A program made the position numbers and the translations under genes. The notes below the pieces were generated by a model. It searched no databases. It was not told the origin of the DNA and saw only the letters and a list, made by a program, of their open reading frames with translations. From a virus, in the IMG/VR virus record IMGVR_UViG_3300032011_003203, positions 1-64,000 of that record: a stretch of DNA of 64,000 bases. One strand, given 5' to 3'. Below are positions 9,788 through 19,432 of this stretch, in pieces. Positions within the stretch are counted from its first letter, which is position 1, and each line of letters opens with the position of its first letter.

Positions 9788-10680
9788 TTAGTTTTATTTT
9801 AAATTTTTGTTCAATAGATAAGGGTAAACATATTCACATACCAGGCACTTGGGGTTCTAACAATTATTATAAAATGGTATCCACTACATTAAAAGTTATT
9901 AAGAATATACAACAACATAAGTTTGAACACGAGATTATATTAATAGATAATTCACATAACTGGCCTAATATTACTTTATCAAATGTAAGAGTTGTAAAGG
10001 GATTTCAATCAATGACAACTAAAGAATTGGAAAATAACAAGTGGTTTAATTTACATAATGATACAGCAAAATTAAGTAGTATGACTTTAGAAAATGATAC
10101 GATGTGGGCATCATTAGGTTTTTATTTGGGTACTAAAGAAGCTAAGTATGATACGATTGTATTACAACATAATGATTTATTCTATTATAATTTTGATGCA
10201 ATTGAGGATATGATTTATGATATGGAAGCAGATGATTTATCATATGTTTCAGTAGATAATAAAAAGGTAACTTTGTTATCATATGTTATACATCAAGAGT
10301 TATTCAATAAATTAATTAAGGGTGATATAGAATTTTCACCAGAACACGGCGGGATGGTTAAGACAAAAGATTTAGGATTTAGTGATGCATATTTCTTTTT
10401 GTGTAAAAAAGATTTCTTTCGTGATTATGATATCGATTGGATATATGGCGATAGTAATCACGGAGCCACAATACATTGTTTAGAAAAGGGTTATAAGTAT
10501 TTACACCTTGGTCCATACTATGATAATCCAAATTATGATACACAAGATACTGGTGAGCATAATATCTATTACTATGATGGACAAAAGTTTGCTTCACATC
10601 TAAAGGGTGGATTCTCTGAAAATAAAATATCAACAAATACTAATAGTACTTTCTATGAGGCATTAGATGAAACTATCTGA
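9784..10680 (+). CDS. GT2-like glycosyltransferase
   Basis: MISFI, EIILIDNS, G.KEAKYD.IV..HND. Confidence 0.6.
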   Translation: MISFILNFCSIDKGKHIHIPGTWGSNNYYKMVSTTLKVIKNIQQHKFEHEIILIDNSHNWPNITLSNVRVVKGFQSMTTKELENNKWFNLHNDTAKLSSMTLENDTMWASLGFYLGTKEAKYDTIVLQHNDLFYYNFDAIEDMIYDMEADDLSYVSVDNKKVTLLSYVIHQELFNKLIKGDIEFSPEHGGMVKTKDLGFSDAYFFLCKKDFFRDYDIDWIYGDSNHGATIHCLEKGYKYLHLGPYYDNPNYDTQDTGEHNIYYYDGQKFASHLKGGFSENKISTNTNSTFYEALDETI

Positions 10681-11215
10681 TATAGTAAAGGACAAATTAA
10701 AAACTCTAACTGAAGATTTATATTGGGAAAATAGAGATACTAATTATGGTGTACTTGCATCTATACATTTAGATAAGGATGGTGGGGTTACCGATTTCAA
10801 TACAAATATAGATGTTGATAATTCCAACACAATAGATAATATATTTAAGTACTTAACTAAACACGAATATAAGAGATTAGTTATATTTACAAGAACAGAT
10901 AAAGAGGTTGGTAATAATTACAATGTACCAAACACAGATACATTAAAGGATATAGAGCAAAGATGTACTGATAATATTTTGAACTATTATAACTTTATAC
11001 AGAATCCTTATCCAGATGGAATACCTAAGTTCAAATTAGATTCTGATAGTTTTGGATTGAGATTTGGATTTGATAATACTTGTGAGATAGATAAGATAGC
11101 AGTAAACAAATCATATAGATATGGTGTTCCTATGGTTGATAGTGAAGAACCTACCAAATATAATATAATAATAATGTGTACTAAAATGGGTGTGGAGATA
11201 TTAGATGAAAGATGA
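10667..11215 (+). CDS. Hypothetical protein
   Basis: Overlapping ORF in operon. Confidence 0.55.
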   Translation: MKLSDIVKDKLKTLTEDLYWENRDTNYGVLASIHLDKDGGVTDFNTNIDVDNSNTIDNIFKYLTKHEYKRLVIFTRTDKEVGNNYNVPNTDTLKDIEQRCTDNILNYYNFIQNPYPDGIPKFKLDSDSFGLRFGFDNTCEIDKIAVNKSYRYGVPMVDSEEPTKYNIIIMCTKMGVEILDER

Positions 11216-11411
11216 TTTCGTACATTTAAAAGTAAATGGTAACTTGATACAAATTGTTTGTCATAATGAAACACAGCAACAAAAGGTTATAAAGAATATG
11301 ACAGAACCAGGTAAATGTGTATTCGAGGGATACGAACATTGGGAAGATGAAACAGTCATACTTACATTTAGAGTATTAGATTATATTGATATGAAACCAT
11401 CGCAAAACTAA
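11205..11411 (+). CDS. Hypothetical protein
   Basis: Overlapping ORF with RBS. Confidence 0.5.
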   Translation: MKDDFVHLKVNGNLIQIVCHNETQQQKVIKNMTEPGKCVFEGYEHWEDETVILTFRVLDYIDMKPSQN

Positions 11412-11968
11412 TGTTTATAAATCATACACACAAGTTTATCTTTATTCACATACCAAAGAATGGTGGTACGAGTATTCGTAATTCATTTGATATTAATGGG
11501 TATGATAAAAAGGTAGTAAGAAAGAAGTACCCACACGATGGTACAATGAAGATACGAGATTATTGTGGAGATGAAGTATGGAATACATTTTATAAGTTTG
11601 CAGTTGTTCGTAATCCATATGATAGATTAGTTAGTTATTATCACTTTCATAAATCACCACAATACAGATATCCAGCAAGAGCACAAGAGTTAAGTTTTAA
11701 AGACTGGGTTATGAATGGATTAGATGACAATATAAAGAAAACACAATTCGGATACTTAGCAATGCAACCAGATTACACTATTAGATTTGAAAAACTACAA
11801 GAGGGTTTTGATGATGTATGTAATGGTATTGGTATTGAACCATATGAATTACCACACTATAATAAATCAGAACACGAACCATTCGAAAGTTATTATGATG
11901 ATGAATTAAAGGATATTGTATATGGAATGTTTTTAGTTGATTTTAAAAGATGGGACTACGCTCGCTAG
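11411..11968 (+). CDS. Sulfotransferase family 2 protein
   Basis: FIHIPKNGGTS (PAPS 5'-PSB), VRNPYDRLVSYY (3'-PB), IRFEKL. Confidence 0.88.
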   Translation: MFINHTHKFIFIHIPKNGGTSIRNSFDINGYDKKVVRKKYPHDGTMKIRDYCGDEVWNTFYKFAVVRNPYDRLVSYYHFHKSPQYRYPARAQELSFKDWVMNGLDDNIKKTQFGYLAMQPDYTIRFEKLQEGFDDVCNGIGIEPYELPHYNKSEHEPFESYYDDELKDIVYGMFLVDFKRWDYAR

Positions 11969-12043
11969 CTTCAAACTCTATATTATTTCTGCCTTTTCTG
12001 CTACCTACCCATAGTAATATATATGAGAAAATGAAAAAAAACC

Positions 12044-12073
12044 TTGACTTATATTATATTTTTTTCGTATATT
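12044..12073 (+). promoter_or_regulatory. Early sigma70-type promoter
   Basis: A-tract + TTGACT-N18-TATATT. Confidence 0.75.
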
Positions 12074-12079
12074 GCTTAT

Positions 12080-12595
12080 ATGAATGAGTGTAAAAAATGT
12101 AATGTTCGTATGGATGACCAGAGAATACATCTCGGATATACAGAATGTCCAAGTTGTTCTGAAACAGAAAAGTATTCTGCTCATGTCGTTTATCCACATA
12201 AGACTGGTGCCTTTGTACAACCCGTAACTAAAACAGCTTCTAACAATCTTAAACGAATGGATAGAAGAAGTGTTGGTGGTGGTAGAGTTGCCAAGGGTGT
12301 TTATGTAGATAATAGTTGGGATAGATATTTAGAAGAACTACAAAATCCAACACCACCTAAGAAAAAATTTATACCAAAACCAGTTCGTACAAATTACAGA
12401 AGTTATAATATAATGAGTAAACCTTTAATGAAATATTATAGTAGGTTTGGATATGAACCAGCTTTAAAACAATTAAAAAAGATTTATAAGAATGATAAGA
12501 TTACATTACAAACTTATCAAAGAATACAGACCGATATCAATACTTTACAACAATTACCAGCTAGATTACGCAGGCGGGTACAAAAAATAAATTAA
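12080..12595 (+). CDS. Zinc-finger hypothetical protein
   Basis: CKKC...R..LGY..CPSC; start ATG 12080 just after the -10 element. Confidence 0.6.
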   Translation: MNECKKCNVRMDDQRIHLGYTECPSCSETEKYSAHVVYPHKTGAFVQPVTKTASNNLKRMDRRSVGGGRVAKGVYVDNSWDRYLEELQNPTPPKKKFIPKPVRTNYRSYNIMSKPLMKYYSRFGYEPALKQLKKIYKNDKITLQTYQRIQTDINTLQQLPARLRRRVQKIN

Positions 12596-12613
12596 AAAAA
12601 ATGAAAAAAACAC

Positions 12614-12643
12614 TTGACTTATATACTAAAAAAGCCTTATATT
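12614..12643 (+). promoter_or_regulatory. Early sigma70-type promoter
   Basis: aaaaaaacac-TTGACT-tatatactaaaaaagcct-TATATT. Confidence 0.8.
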
Positions 12644-12644
12644 T

Positions 12645-14870
12645 ATGTATATGAAAAAGGGAAATAATAAAGAAATGACAAAAATTAAACATTTTAACCC
12701 AATGGCTCTACGAGAAAAATACTCGATTGGTGGTACTAAAAAAACCAATCCTTTCTCTTCGTTCTGGTCTAATAATGATTGGGATACTCGTAGAACTTCT
12801 CTTCTTGATGAAGATGTAGAAGTTAAAAAAGGTGGTAGGAAACCAGTTGACCATGTCAAACTTGCTTCTTATAGAAGAGCCATCGCTAACTTTGTAACGA
12901 TTGTTACTAATCGTTCTGATATTCCAGTCCAATTCCAATCAAATGATAGTTCTTATACTGATGGTAAAAGAGTTATGATTGGTTCTAAGATTGATGAGAA
13001 AAACTTTGACCCCGTAGTTGGTTTGGCTTTACACGAGGGTTCACACATTAAACTTTCTGATTTTGATTTCTTGAGAAATCTTGAAAACAACATTCCACAA
13101 GAAACTTTTCTTCGTGCTGAGAAAGTTGGTTTTGATAAATGGACAGTTGTTAACCATTTAAAATCTTTATTAAATTATGTGGAAGATAGAAGAATCGACC
13201 ACTATGTTTTTACAAACTCACCAGGTTACAAGGGTTACTATCATTCAATGTATGATAAGTACTTTCACTCTAAAGTGATTGATAAAGCTCTTCAAACTGA
13301 TGAGTACACTTCTTTAGATTGGGATTCATATATTTTCAGAATCTTAAATCTAACTAATAAGAATCGTAATCTAAATGCTCTACCTGGATTGAAATCAATA
13401 TTCAATATGGTTTTCATCGCTGGTGGTGGTGTTAAAAGAATGAACACTACTGAACATTGTTTCATTACTGCTAGTTCAATTTACGATGAAATGCTTACTC
13501 ATTTACCTGAAGTTCAGTATGATGAGAATGGAGATAAAGTTCAAGCTCCACAAGATATGAGTGGTTCAGATAATTCTGGTGAGGGGACTGGAACTGGTTC
13601 ACCTGCTACTAATAAACAAGAATGGGAACAACAACAATTAAGTGATTCTGAATTTGGTGATATGATTGATAACATTGAGAATGGTGGTGGAAATGTTTCA
13701 CCTGGCTCAGGTACTGGTCACGATAAATCAACTCAGTTGACTGAGAAACAAATGAAGCAATTACAAAATGCTATTCAGAAACAAAAAGATTTTGTAAATG
13801 GTGATACTAAAAAAGTTGGTAAGTTAACTAAGAAAGATTCTTCGGTTGTAAAAGCTATGGAAGAAGCTGGTGTTGAGAAAGTTCAAGCTGGTACTACTAT
13901 GGAAAATGAAAAATATAATTATGATAGTGGTGAGTATGAAAAAGTTAATAGTAAAGGTGTTGGAGTTATCTATGTTAAGAAGTTAACTCAAACAATGATT
14001 GATGAAAATCTTTTTCCAAGTATTCTTAGAGGTCCAAATTCTTACTACTACAACTCAGAAAAAGATGCTGAGATAATGAGTGCTGGTATTTCACTTGGAA
14101 CTAAGCTTGGTCGTAAGTTACAAGTTCGTGGTGAATCAAGAGATTTAAAATACACAAGATTAGATTCTGGTCGTATTGACAAAAGATTAATCGCTGAACT
14201 TGGGTTTGGTAATGAGAGAGTTTTCAACACTACTTTTGTTGAATCTTATTCAGATGCTTTCTTACACATCTCGGTTGATGCTTCTGGTTCTATGAGTGGT
14301 AACAAGTGGAGACAGACTATGATTTCTACAATTGCTATTGTTAAAGCTGTTGATATGATTTCAAATGTTGATGTTCAAGTTTCTTTCAGAAGTACTCACG
14401 ATGGAGATTACAGAAATAGAAGAAGTACTTCTTCACCATTAATCTTGGTTGCTTATGATTCAAGAGTTGATAAGTTTTCAAAAGTGAAAAAAATGTTTCC
14501 AAGTATTTATCCAGGTGGAACTACACCAGAGGGATTATGTTTCGAAGCTATCCTAAAAGATTTAGTTCCGACATCTAATAACAGAGATTCTTATTTCTTG
14601 AATCTTTCAGATGGGATGCCAATGTTCAGTAATGATACAATTAATTACTATCATAAAGATGCTTTGAATCACACTAAAAATATGGTTAATGAGATTCGTA
14701 AGCAAGGTATCAAAATTATGAGTTACTTTGTTAGTGATTCAGATTACGGCAGAGAAGATAACATTAAGGATTTCAAAACTATGTATGGTAAAGATGCTGA
14801 GATGATTGATATCAATTCAGTACTTCAAGTTTCAAAAACAATGAACGCTAAATTCTTGGAGAAGAATTAA
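12645..14870 (+). CDS. Metallopeptidase-like/VWA domain protein (CobT-like partner of AAA ATPase)
   Basis: HEGSH and NYVEDRRID N-terminal motifs, G/S-rich linker, MIDAS DASGSM, GTTP, LSDGMP; exact start uncertain (12645/12651/12675). Confidence 0.85.
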   Translation: MYMKKGNNKEMTKIKHFNPMALREKYSIGGTKKTNPFSSFWSNNDWDTRRTSLLDEDVEVKKGGRKPVDHVKLASYRRAIANFVTIVTNRSDIPVQFQSNDSSYTDGKRVMIGSKIDEKNFDPVVGLALHEGSHIKLSDFDFLRNLENNIPQETFLRAEKVGFDKWTVVNHLKSLLNYVEDRRIDHYVFTNSPGYKGYYHSMYDKYFHSKVIDKALQTDEYTSLDWDSYIFRILNLTNKNRNLNALPGLKSIFNMVFIAGGGVKRMNTTEHCFITASSIYDEMLTHLPEVQYDENGDKVQAPQDMSGSDNSGEGTGTGSPATNKQEWEQQQLSDSEFGDMIDNIENGGGNVSPGSGTGHDKSTQLTEKQMKQLQNAIQKQKDFVNGDTKKVGKLTKKDSSVVKAMEEAGVEKVQAGTTMENEKYNYDSGEYEKVNSKGVGVIYVKKLTQTMIDENLFPSILRGPNSYYYNSEKDAEIMSAGISLGTKLGRKLQVRGESRDLKYTRLDSGRIDKRLIAELGFGNERVFNTTFVESYSDAFLHISVDASGSMSGNKWRQTMISTIAIVKAVDMISNVDVQVSFRSTHDGDYRNRRSTSSPLILVAYDSRVDKFSKVKKMFPSIYPGGTTPEGLCFEAILKDLVPTSNNRDSYFLNLSDGMPMFSNDTINYYHKDALNHTKNMVNEIRKQGIKIMSYFVSDSDYGREDNIKDFKTMYGKDAEMIDINSVLQVSKTMNAKFLEKN

Positions 14871-15018
14871 TGAGTATAAATGCTTATGATAAAAGAACAA
14901 AAGAAAAGTTGGAAATAATATTAGCAAGCCATGTCAAACAAATGAGAAGGTCATTACCTTGGTCAGGTGAGAATACTCACATCGTTAAAAAGATAATGAA
15001 ATTATTTAGAAAAAACAC

Positions 15019-15048
15019 TTGACTCGTATTATAAAAAAGCCTTATATT
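15019..15048 (+). promoter_or_regulatory. Early sigma70-type promoter
   Basis: TTGACT-cgtattataaaaaagcct-TATATT. Confidence 0.8.
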
Positions 15049-15196
15049 TAGGTATAAATAAAAAGAGAGAAATTATGAATTGGAAATTAATAGGATATAG
15101 AGTTGCTGAGTTTTTAACTATGTTACTTATTTTCGTAACATTTTATTTATGGATGATAATTGCAAATATTTAATTTAAAAAAAGTGAAAAAAACAC

Positions 15197-15226
15197 TTGA
15201 CTTATATAGTAAAAAAGCCGTATATT
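15197..15226 (+). promoter_or_regulatory. Early sigma70-type promoter
   Basis: TTGACT-tatatagtaaaaaagccg-TATATT. Confidence 0.8.
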
Positions 15227-15275
15227 TAGGTATGAATAAAGGGAAAAAAATTAATAAAACAAAGGAAAATCAATA

Positions 15276-16430
15276 ATGAGTTTAATCGTAAAAATCGAAA
15301 AATCGGGTAACCGATATAATGCTTGGGATAATGATGGTAATAAACATACATCATCCATCTCTATTTCTGCTAGGAAAAGAGCCCATGCTAAGGGTATGGC
15401 CCTTGAACAACGAGTTAACAAATCAGGTAAGAATTACTGGTGGGTAGTTCCAATGTCTGAATTTGAAGCTGGTTCAGCTCCAATCTTTGATACTTCATCA
15501 GTTGAAGTACCAAGTGACCATGCTGAAGTTCTAAACTTCATTCACTCTTCTTACAAACTAAAGCCACAAGGTTTGGTTATGAAAGAACTGAAGTGGAAAT
15601 ATTTAATTCGTTCTGCCGTTAGAGGTAAGAACATTCTAATGACTGGTCCTGCTGGTTGTGGAAAAACTATGGCTGCTAAATCTTTGGTTAATTCCTTAGA
15701 TAGACCAGACTTCTATTTTAATATGGGTTCTACTCAAGACCCAAGAGCCACTTTGATTGGTAATGTTCACTTTGAGAAATCAAAAGGAACTTACTTTTCT
15801 GAATCATTATTTGTTAAAGCTATTCAGACTCCAAACGCTGTGATACTTCTTGATGAGTTGTCAAGAGCTCATCCAGATGCTTGGAATATTCTAATGACAG
15901 TTCTCGACCAAGGTCAGAGATACTTGAGATTAGATGAGGCTAGTGGACAGGAAACTATCCCAGTCGCTGAAGGCGTTACTTTCGTCGCTACTGCTAATAT
16001 CGGTAATGAGTACACTTCTACTCGTGTGATGGATAAAGCTTTGATGGACAGATTCACAATCGTTGAGATGGATGTCTTAACTGATGAAGAGGAATTTGGT
16101 TTGTTGAGTTATATGTTCCCGCATGTTGAGCCTGATTTAATGAAGGCTATTGCTGAGATTGCTCACACTACGAGAATGGAATCAAAATCTGATTCAGGTA
16201 AAGTTTCTGCTGGGGTTTCTACCAGAACTTCAGTTGAGATGGCTGGATTACTTTATGATGGTTTCGGAATCGATGAGGCTGCTGAAGTAAGTATCTATCC
16301 ACAATTCGCTGATGATGGTGGGATGGATTCTGAAAGAACTTTTGTAAAGCAGTTAGTTCAGAAGTACATCAATGATGGTACAGACGAGGACTTGTTCAAT
16401 GTTGAGGACGAATCTGAAAGTATGAGTTAA
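15276..16430 (+). CDS. MoxR/CobS-like AAA+ ATPase
   Basis: Walker A GPAGCGKT, Walker B ILLDE, ATAN, DKALMDRF, STR sensor 2. Confidence 0.9.
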   Translation: MSLIVKIEKSGNRYNAWDNDGNKHTSSISISARKRAHAKGMALEQRVNKSGKNYWWVVPMSEFEAGSAPIFDTSSVEVPSDHAEVLNFIHSSYKLKPQGLVMKELKWKYLIRSAVRGKNILMTGPAGCGKTMAAKSLVNSLDRPDFYFNMGSTQDPRATLIGNVHFEKSKGTYFSESLFVKAIQTPNAVILLDELSRAHPDAWNILMTVLDQGQRYLRLDEASGQETIPVAEGVTFVATANIGNEYTSTRVMDKALMDRFTIVEMDVLTDEEEFGLLSYMFPHVEPDLMKAIAEIAHTTRMESKSDSGKVSAGVSTRTSVEMAGLLYDGFGIDEAAEVSIYPQFADDGGMDSERTFVKQLVQKYINDGTDEDLFNVEDESESMS

Positions 16431-16447
16431 GTTAATTCTTAACTCGC

Positions 16448-16494
16448 ATGGCTGGTGGTTTTTATTTCCTTTCTTTCCCACCAGCCATTTTTTT
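16448..16494 (+). terminator. Intrinsic terminator with long pyrimidine loop
   Basis: ATGGCTGGTGG / CCACCAGCCAT 11-bp stem followed by T tract. Confidence 0.8.
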
Positions 16495-16527
16495 ATACAT
16501 TTTGAAAGTTTGGATATATATTTATAG

Positions 16528-16902
16528 TTGGAGTTAATTATGAAAGAAATAATATTAAAGGTTTTAAATCGACACTCAGATTCACAAGGTAATATGAGCT
16601 CAGATGCTTTTCGTGAAACACTTGCAGTTGAAATTGCTGCAGTTCTTATATCAGAAGCTTCCGATACAGATTCAGTAGATGATTGGGAAGCAAAAGATAA
16701 TCCACTTAACATTACAATGTGGAAAGGTTGGGATGGTAAAGAAGAACCACTATCTCAAGAATACTTAGACCATTGGAAGTGTGACCATTGTGGAGATAAT
16801 ACACACGAAGTTGATTACGATTACTTAGGTAATAATAGAAATCATTTACAATGTGAGTTAAAACTTGAAACATCTAATCAATTAGAATTGGAGCTAAATT
16901 GA
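16528..16902 (+). CDS. Hypothetical protein
   Basis: ORF after TATTTATA motif; CDHC. Confidence 0.55.
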   Translation: MELIMKEIILKVLNRHSDSQGNMSSDAFRETLAVEIAAVLISEASDTDSVDDWEAKDNPLNITMWKGWDGKEEPLSQEYLDHWKCDHCGDNTHEVDYDYLGNNRNHLQCELKLETSNQLELELN

Positions 16903-17180
16903 AAGTAGAATATGATACTTATTTAATCTTAGCAAGTCATTCAAAAAAGCTAAGTGGTGATTATAGTGGATATGTATATTTCAGAGATTTGGTTGAAGTG
17001 CTAGAGAATATAGCAGTAAAGCAGATTAGTACATATTTATATAATGGAAACCATTACACATCTGATTTAACAATGAAACAAATAAATCTTATCTTGGATT
17101 GTGTAAAGGATGGTAAATACCAAAGTGGCTTTGATAATGTAAAGATTATAGCAAACCAAATTGGGTTAAGACGAATATAA
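16899..17180 (+). CDS. Hypothetical protein
   Basis: Overlapping ORF. Confidence 0.5.
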   Translation: MKVEYDTYLILASHSKKLSGDYSGYVYFRDLVEVLENIAVKQISTYLYNGNHYTSDLTMKQINLILDCVKDGKYQSGFDNVKIIANQIGLRRI

Positions 17181-17228
17181 ATAAGTAGAGGAGTAATTCT
17201 CTTAGTTACAGAAAACAGGAGAATTACA

Positions 17229-17735
17229 ATGGCTAAGAAACTTGATGTTCGTGAATATCAATGTGAGTTGATTAGAGTTTTAGATGGAGATACAATCGAT
17301 TGTTGGATTGATTTGGGTTTCAATTTAAAAGTTAAAAAAAGAATTAGGTATATGGGTATTGATACTTGGGAAAGTAGAACTCGTGACCTTGAAGAAAAAG
17401 CAAAAGGTTTAGAAGCAAAAGCTCGTAATAAAGCATTATTAGAGGCTGGAGTTTTTAAATGTATTTCACACGGAACTGGTAAGTTCGGTAGAGTGTTAGG
17501 TGAAGTTTTTGTATCACCTGAAGTAGTTGGTGAACATATACAAGAGTGTATTGCAAACAACGACCACGATATTGATTTATCACACGATGGTTGGGTAAGT
17601 GTAAATGATATTCTTATTGAAGAAGGTCATGCTTATGATTATCAAGGTGGGAAGAAAAAGGATTTTAAAGCAGAAGCTAAAAAAGAAATAAATGAAGAAA
17701 AAGCAAAAGCAGAGGACAACAAAAGAGACATATAA
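17229..17735 (+). CDS. Thermonuclease (SNase-like)
   Basis: RVLDGDTI, RIRYMGIDTWESRT, GKFGRVLG, VND.LIEEGHA. Confidence 0.88.
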   Translation: MAKKLDVREYQCELIRVLDGDTIDCWIDLGFNLKVKKRIRYMGIDTWESRTRDLEEKAKGLEAKARNKALLEAGVFKCISHGTGKFGRVLGEVFVSPEVVGEHIQECIANNDHDIDLSHDGWVSVNDILIEEGHAYDYQGGKKKDFKAEAKKEINEEKAKAEDNKRDI

Positions 17736-17802
17736 AATTGTTGTACCTTATGCTGTAGAAACAACAACAATGAGTTATAAACAAATAAGCTGGAGTCGTT
17801 AA

Positions 17803-18090
17803 ATGGAAGAAACACGATTTATATACTTTACTGCAAAATGGTGTGGGCCATGTCAAACATTTAAACCTATAATGGAAGGTCTTGAACAAGAAGGCTATCC
17901 AATATATTTTCAAGATATTGACGATGACCCTATACTTGCAGAATCGTATCAAATTAAATCAGTACCTACAATTAAAATTGTGCAAGGTGATAAGGTATTA
18001 GAAACTATGGTTGGGATACAAGACCCAAACATTATGGTTGGTAAGTTCCAATTATATGCACCATTAGATTTTGATTCTGATGAGAGTTAA
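17803..18090 (+). CDS. trxA: Thioredoxin
   Basis: WCGPC active site, SVPT. Confidence 0.9.
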   Translation: MEETRFIYFTAKWCGPCQTFKPIMEGLEQEGYPIYFQDIDDDPILAESYQIKSVPTIKIVQGDKVLETMVGIQDPNIMVGKFQLYAPLDFDSDES

Positions 18091-18259
18091 AGTAGCATTT
18101 GATTATCCTACTATTGAGGGTATGATTTATAAAGATACTATTATAGTATGTGAAGAATCAGAATTTAATAGTAGGGTACACGATGAAAAAGTAAAAGGTA
18201 AGATGGATACTGGTAAGATAGTATGGATACCCAAAAAGTTATTAGCGAGTGGAACATAA
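18071..18259 (+). CDS. Hypothetical protein
   Basis: Overlapping ORF. Confidence 0.45.
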   Translation: MILMRVKVAFDYPTIEGMIYKDTIIVCEESEFNSRVHDEKVKGKMDTGKIVWIPKKLLASGT

Positions 18260-18818
18260 AAATTTAAATAAAGTATTTGTACCATTTATAGAACTACTTA
18301 AATCTCACCACCTAATTACATTGCCGTGGATGAGAACACCATACTTTTATTTTGCTGGTGGGTGTATTCGAGATACATTTGGTAATAGTAATATAAATGA
18401 TTTTGATTTATATGTAACGCAAGAATCAGATTTAGATAATCTAATCACTATATTAAAAGAACTTGGATTTGTAGAATTTTATAGAACTGAATTTAGTGCT
18501 AAGTATAGATTCTTAAATTCATATGTGGATATTAGTTTGATTAACTTTTACACTCCAGAAGATTTATTTAAGACCTATGAATATACTATTAATTGTGTAG
18601 CATTAGATTCGGATTATAATTTATATTATCATAAAAACTTTTTAAGTGATTTAGAAAAAAGAACATTGGTTAGAGTTGAGCACGAGAATGAATGGTTCAA
18701 TTCAGATGAGGGTATCTTATCATTATCATACAGAGAAATGAAGTTTTTAAATCGTGGATATACTATTGATGATAGTAAGATTGATAAATTAGATATGAAA
18801 AAAATTAATATAAAATAG
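18249..18818 (+). CDS. Nucleotidyltransferase (poly(A) polymerase/CCA-enzyme head-like)
   Basis: AGGCIRD..NDFDLY; EYTINCVA resembles DFTINA. Confidence 0.7.
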   Translation: MEHKNLNKVFVPFIELLKSHHLITLPWMRTPYFYFAGGCIRDTFGNSNINDFDLYVTQESDLDNLITILKELGFVEFYRTEFSAKYRFLNSYVDISLINFYTPEDLFKTYEYTINCVALDSDYNLYYHKNFLSDLEKRTLVRVEHENEWFNSDEGILSLSYREMKFLNRGYTIDDSKIDKLDMKKINIK

Positions 18819-18958
18819 TGGTTTTTAACTATAAACCTTATATTTATATACAGAAGTAAATTTCAACGCTCGTAAGAGGTTGATTATAAAGATAGATTAT
18901 TGATGTCGAAAGAATCAATATTCAGTTAGACAAACAAGTTAACAACAGGAGAAAACAA

Positions 18959-19432
18959 ATGACTAAAGTTATCTTTAATAAAGGTATTCCTATCATCGAT
19001 AGGGATAATTTCTTAACACCATTCGATAGATTATTCGACCAAATGGTATCACAACAATTTCCAGAAATTGAAAAACAAGTAGGGGTAAAACCATATCAAG
19101 GTACTGCATATCCAAAAGTAAATGTATATGAGTATGATGATAAGGTTGGTATCCTTGCAGAGATTCCAGGTCTTGATAAAAAGGATTTATCAATAGATGT
19201 GGAAGAAGGTGTATTAACAATCGCTGGAAACAAACACGGACTGTTTGATGATAAGGGTGCAAAAGTAATTCGTAAAGAATTAAAACATTCTTCATTCTCA
19301 AGACAATTCGAATTGGGTGAATTACTAAATGGAGATAAAATAAAAGCAACATTTAAAGATGGATTGCTTTCTATTGATATTCCTAAAGTAGAACCGAAGA
19401 AACCGAAAAAAACCGCTGTCAAAATTTCCTAA
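18959..19432 (+). CDS. Small heat shock protein Hsp20
   Basis: YPKVNVYE, EIPGL.K.D, FSRQF.L, ATFKDGLLSI.IPK. Confidence 0.92.
   Translation: MTKVIFNKGIPIIDRDNFLTPFDRLFDQMVSQQFPEIEKQVGVKPYQGTAYPKVNVYEYDDKVGILAEIPGLDKKDLSIDVEEGVLTIAGNKHGLFDDKGAKVIRKELKHSSFSRQFELGELLNGDKIKATFKDGLLSIDIPKVEPKKPKKTAVKIS

Noticed and set aside
12645-16430. Cobalamin biosynthesis (cobS/cobT) AMG
   Set aside because: Generic MoxR-AAA/VWA features; no CobN or other cob genes.
18850-18958. CIRCE or RNA thermometer upstream of hsp20
   Set aside because: No TTAGCACTC-N9-GAGTGCTAA; small hairpins exist but do not clearly sequester the RBS.
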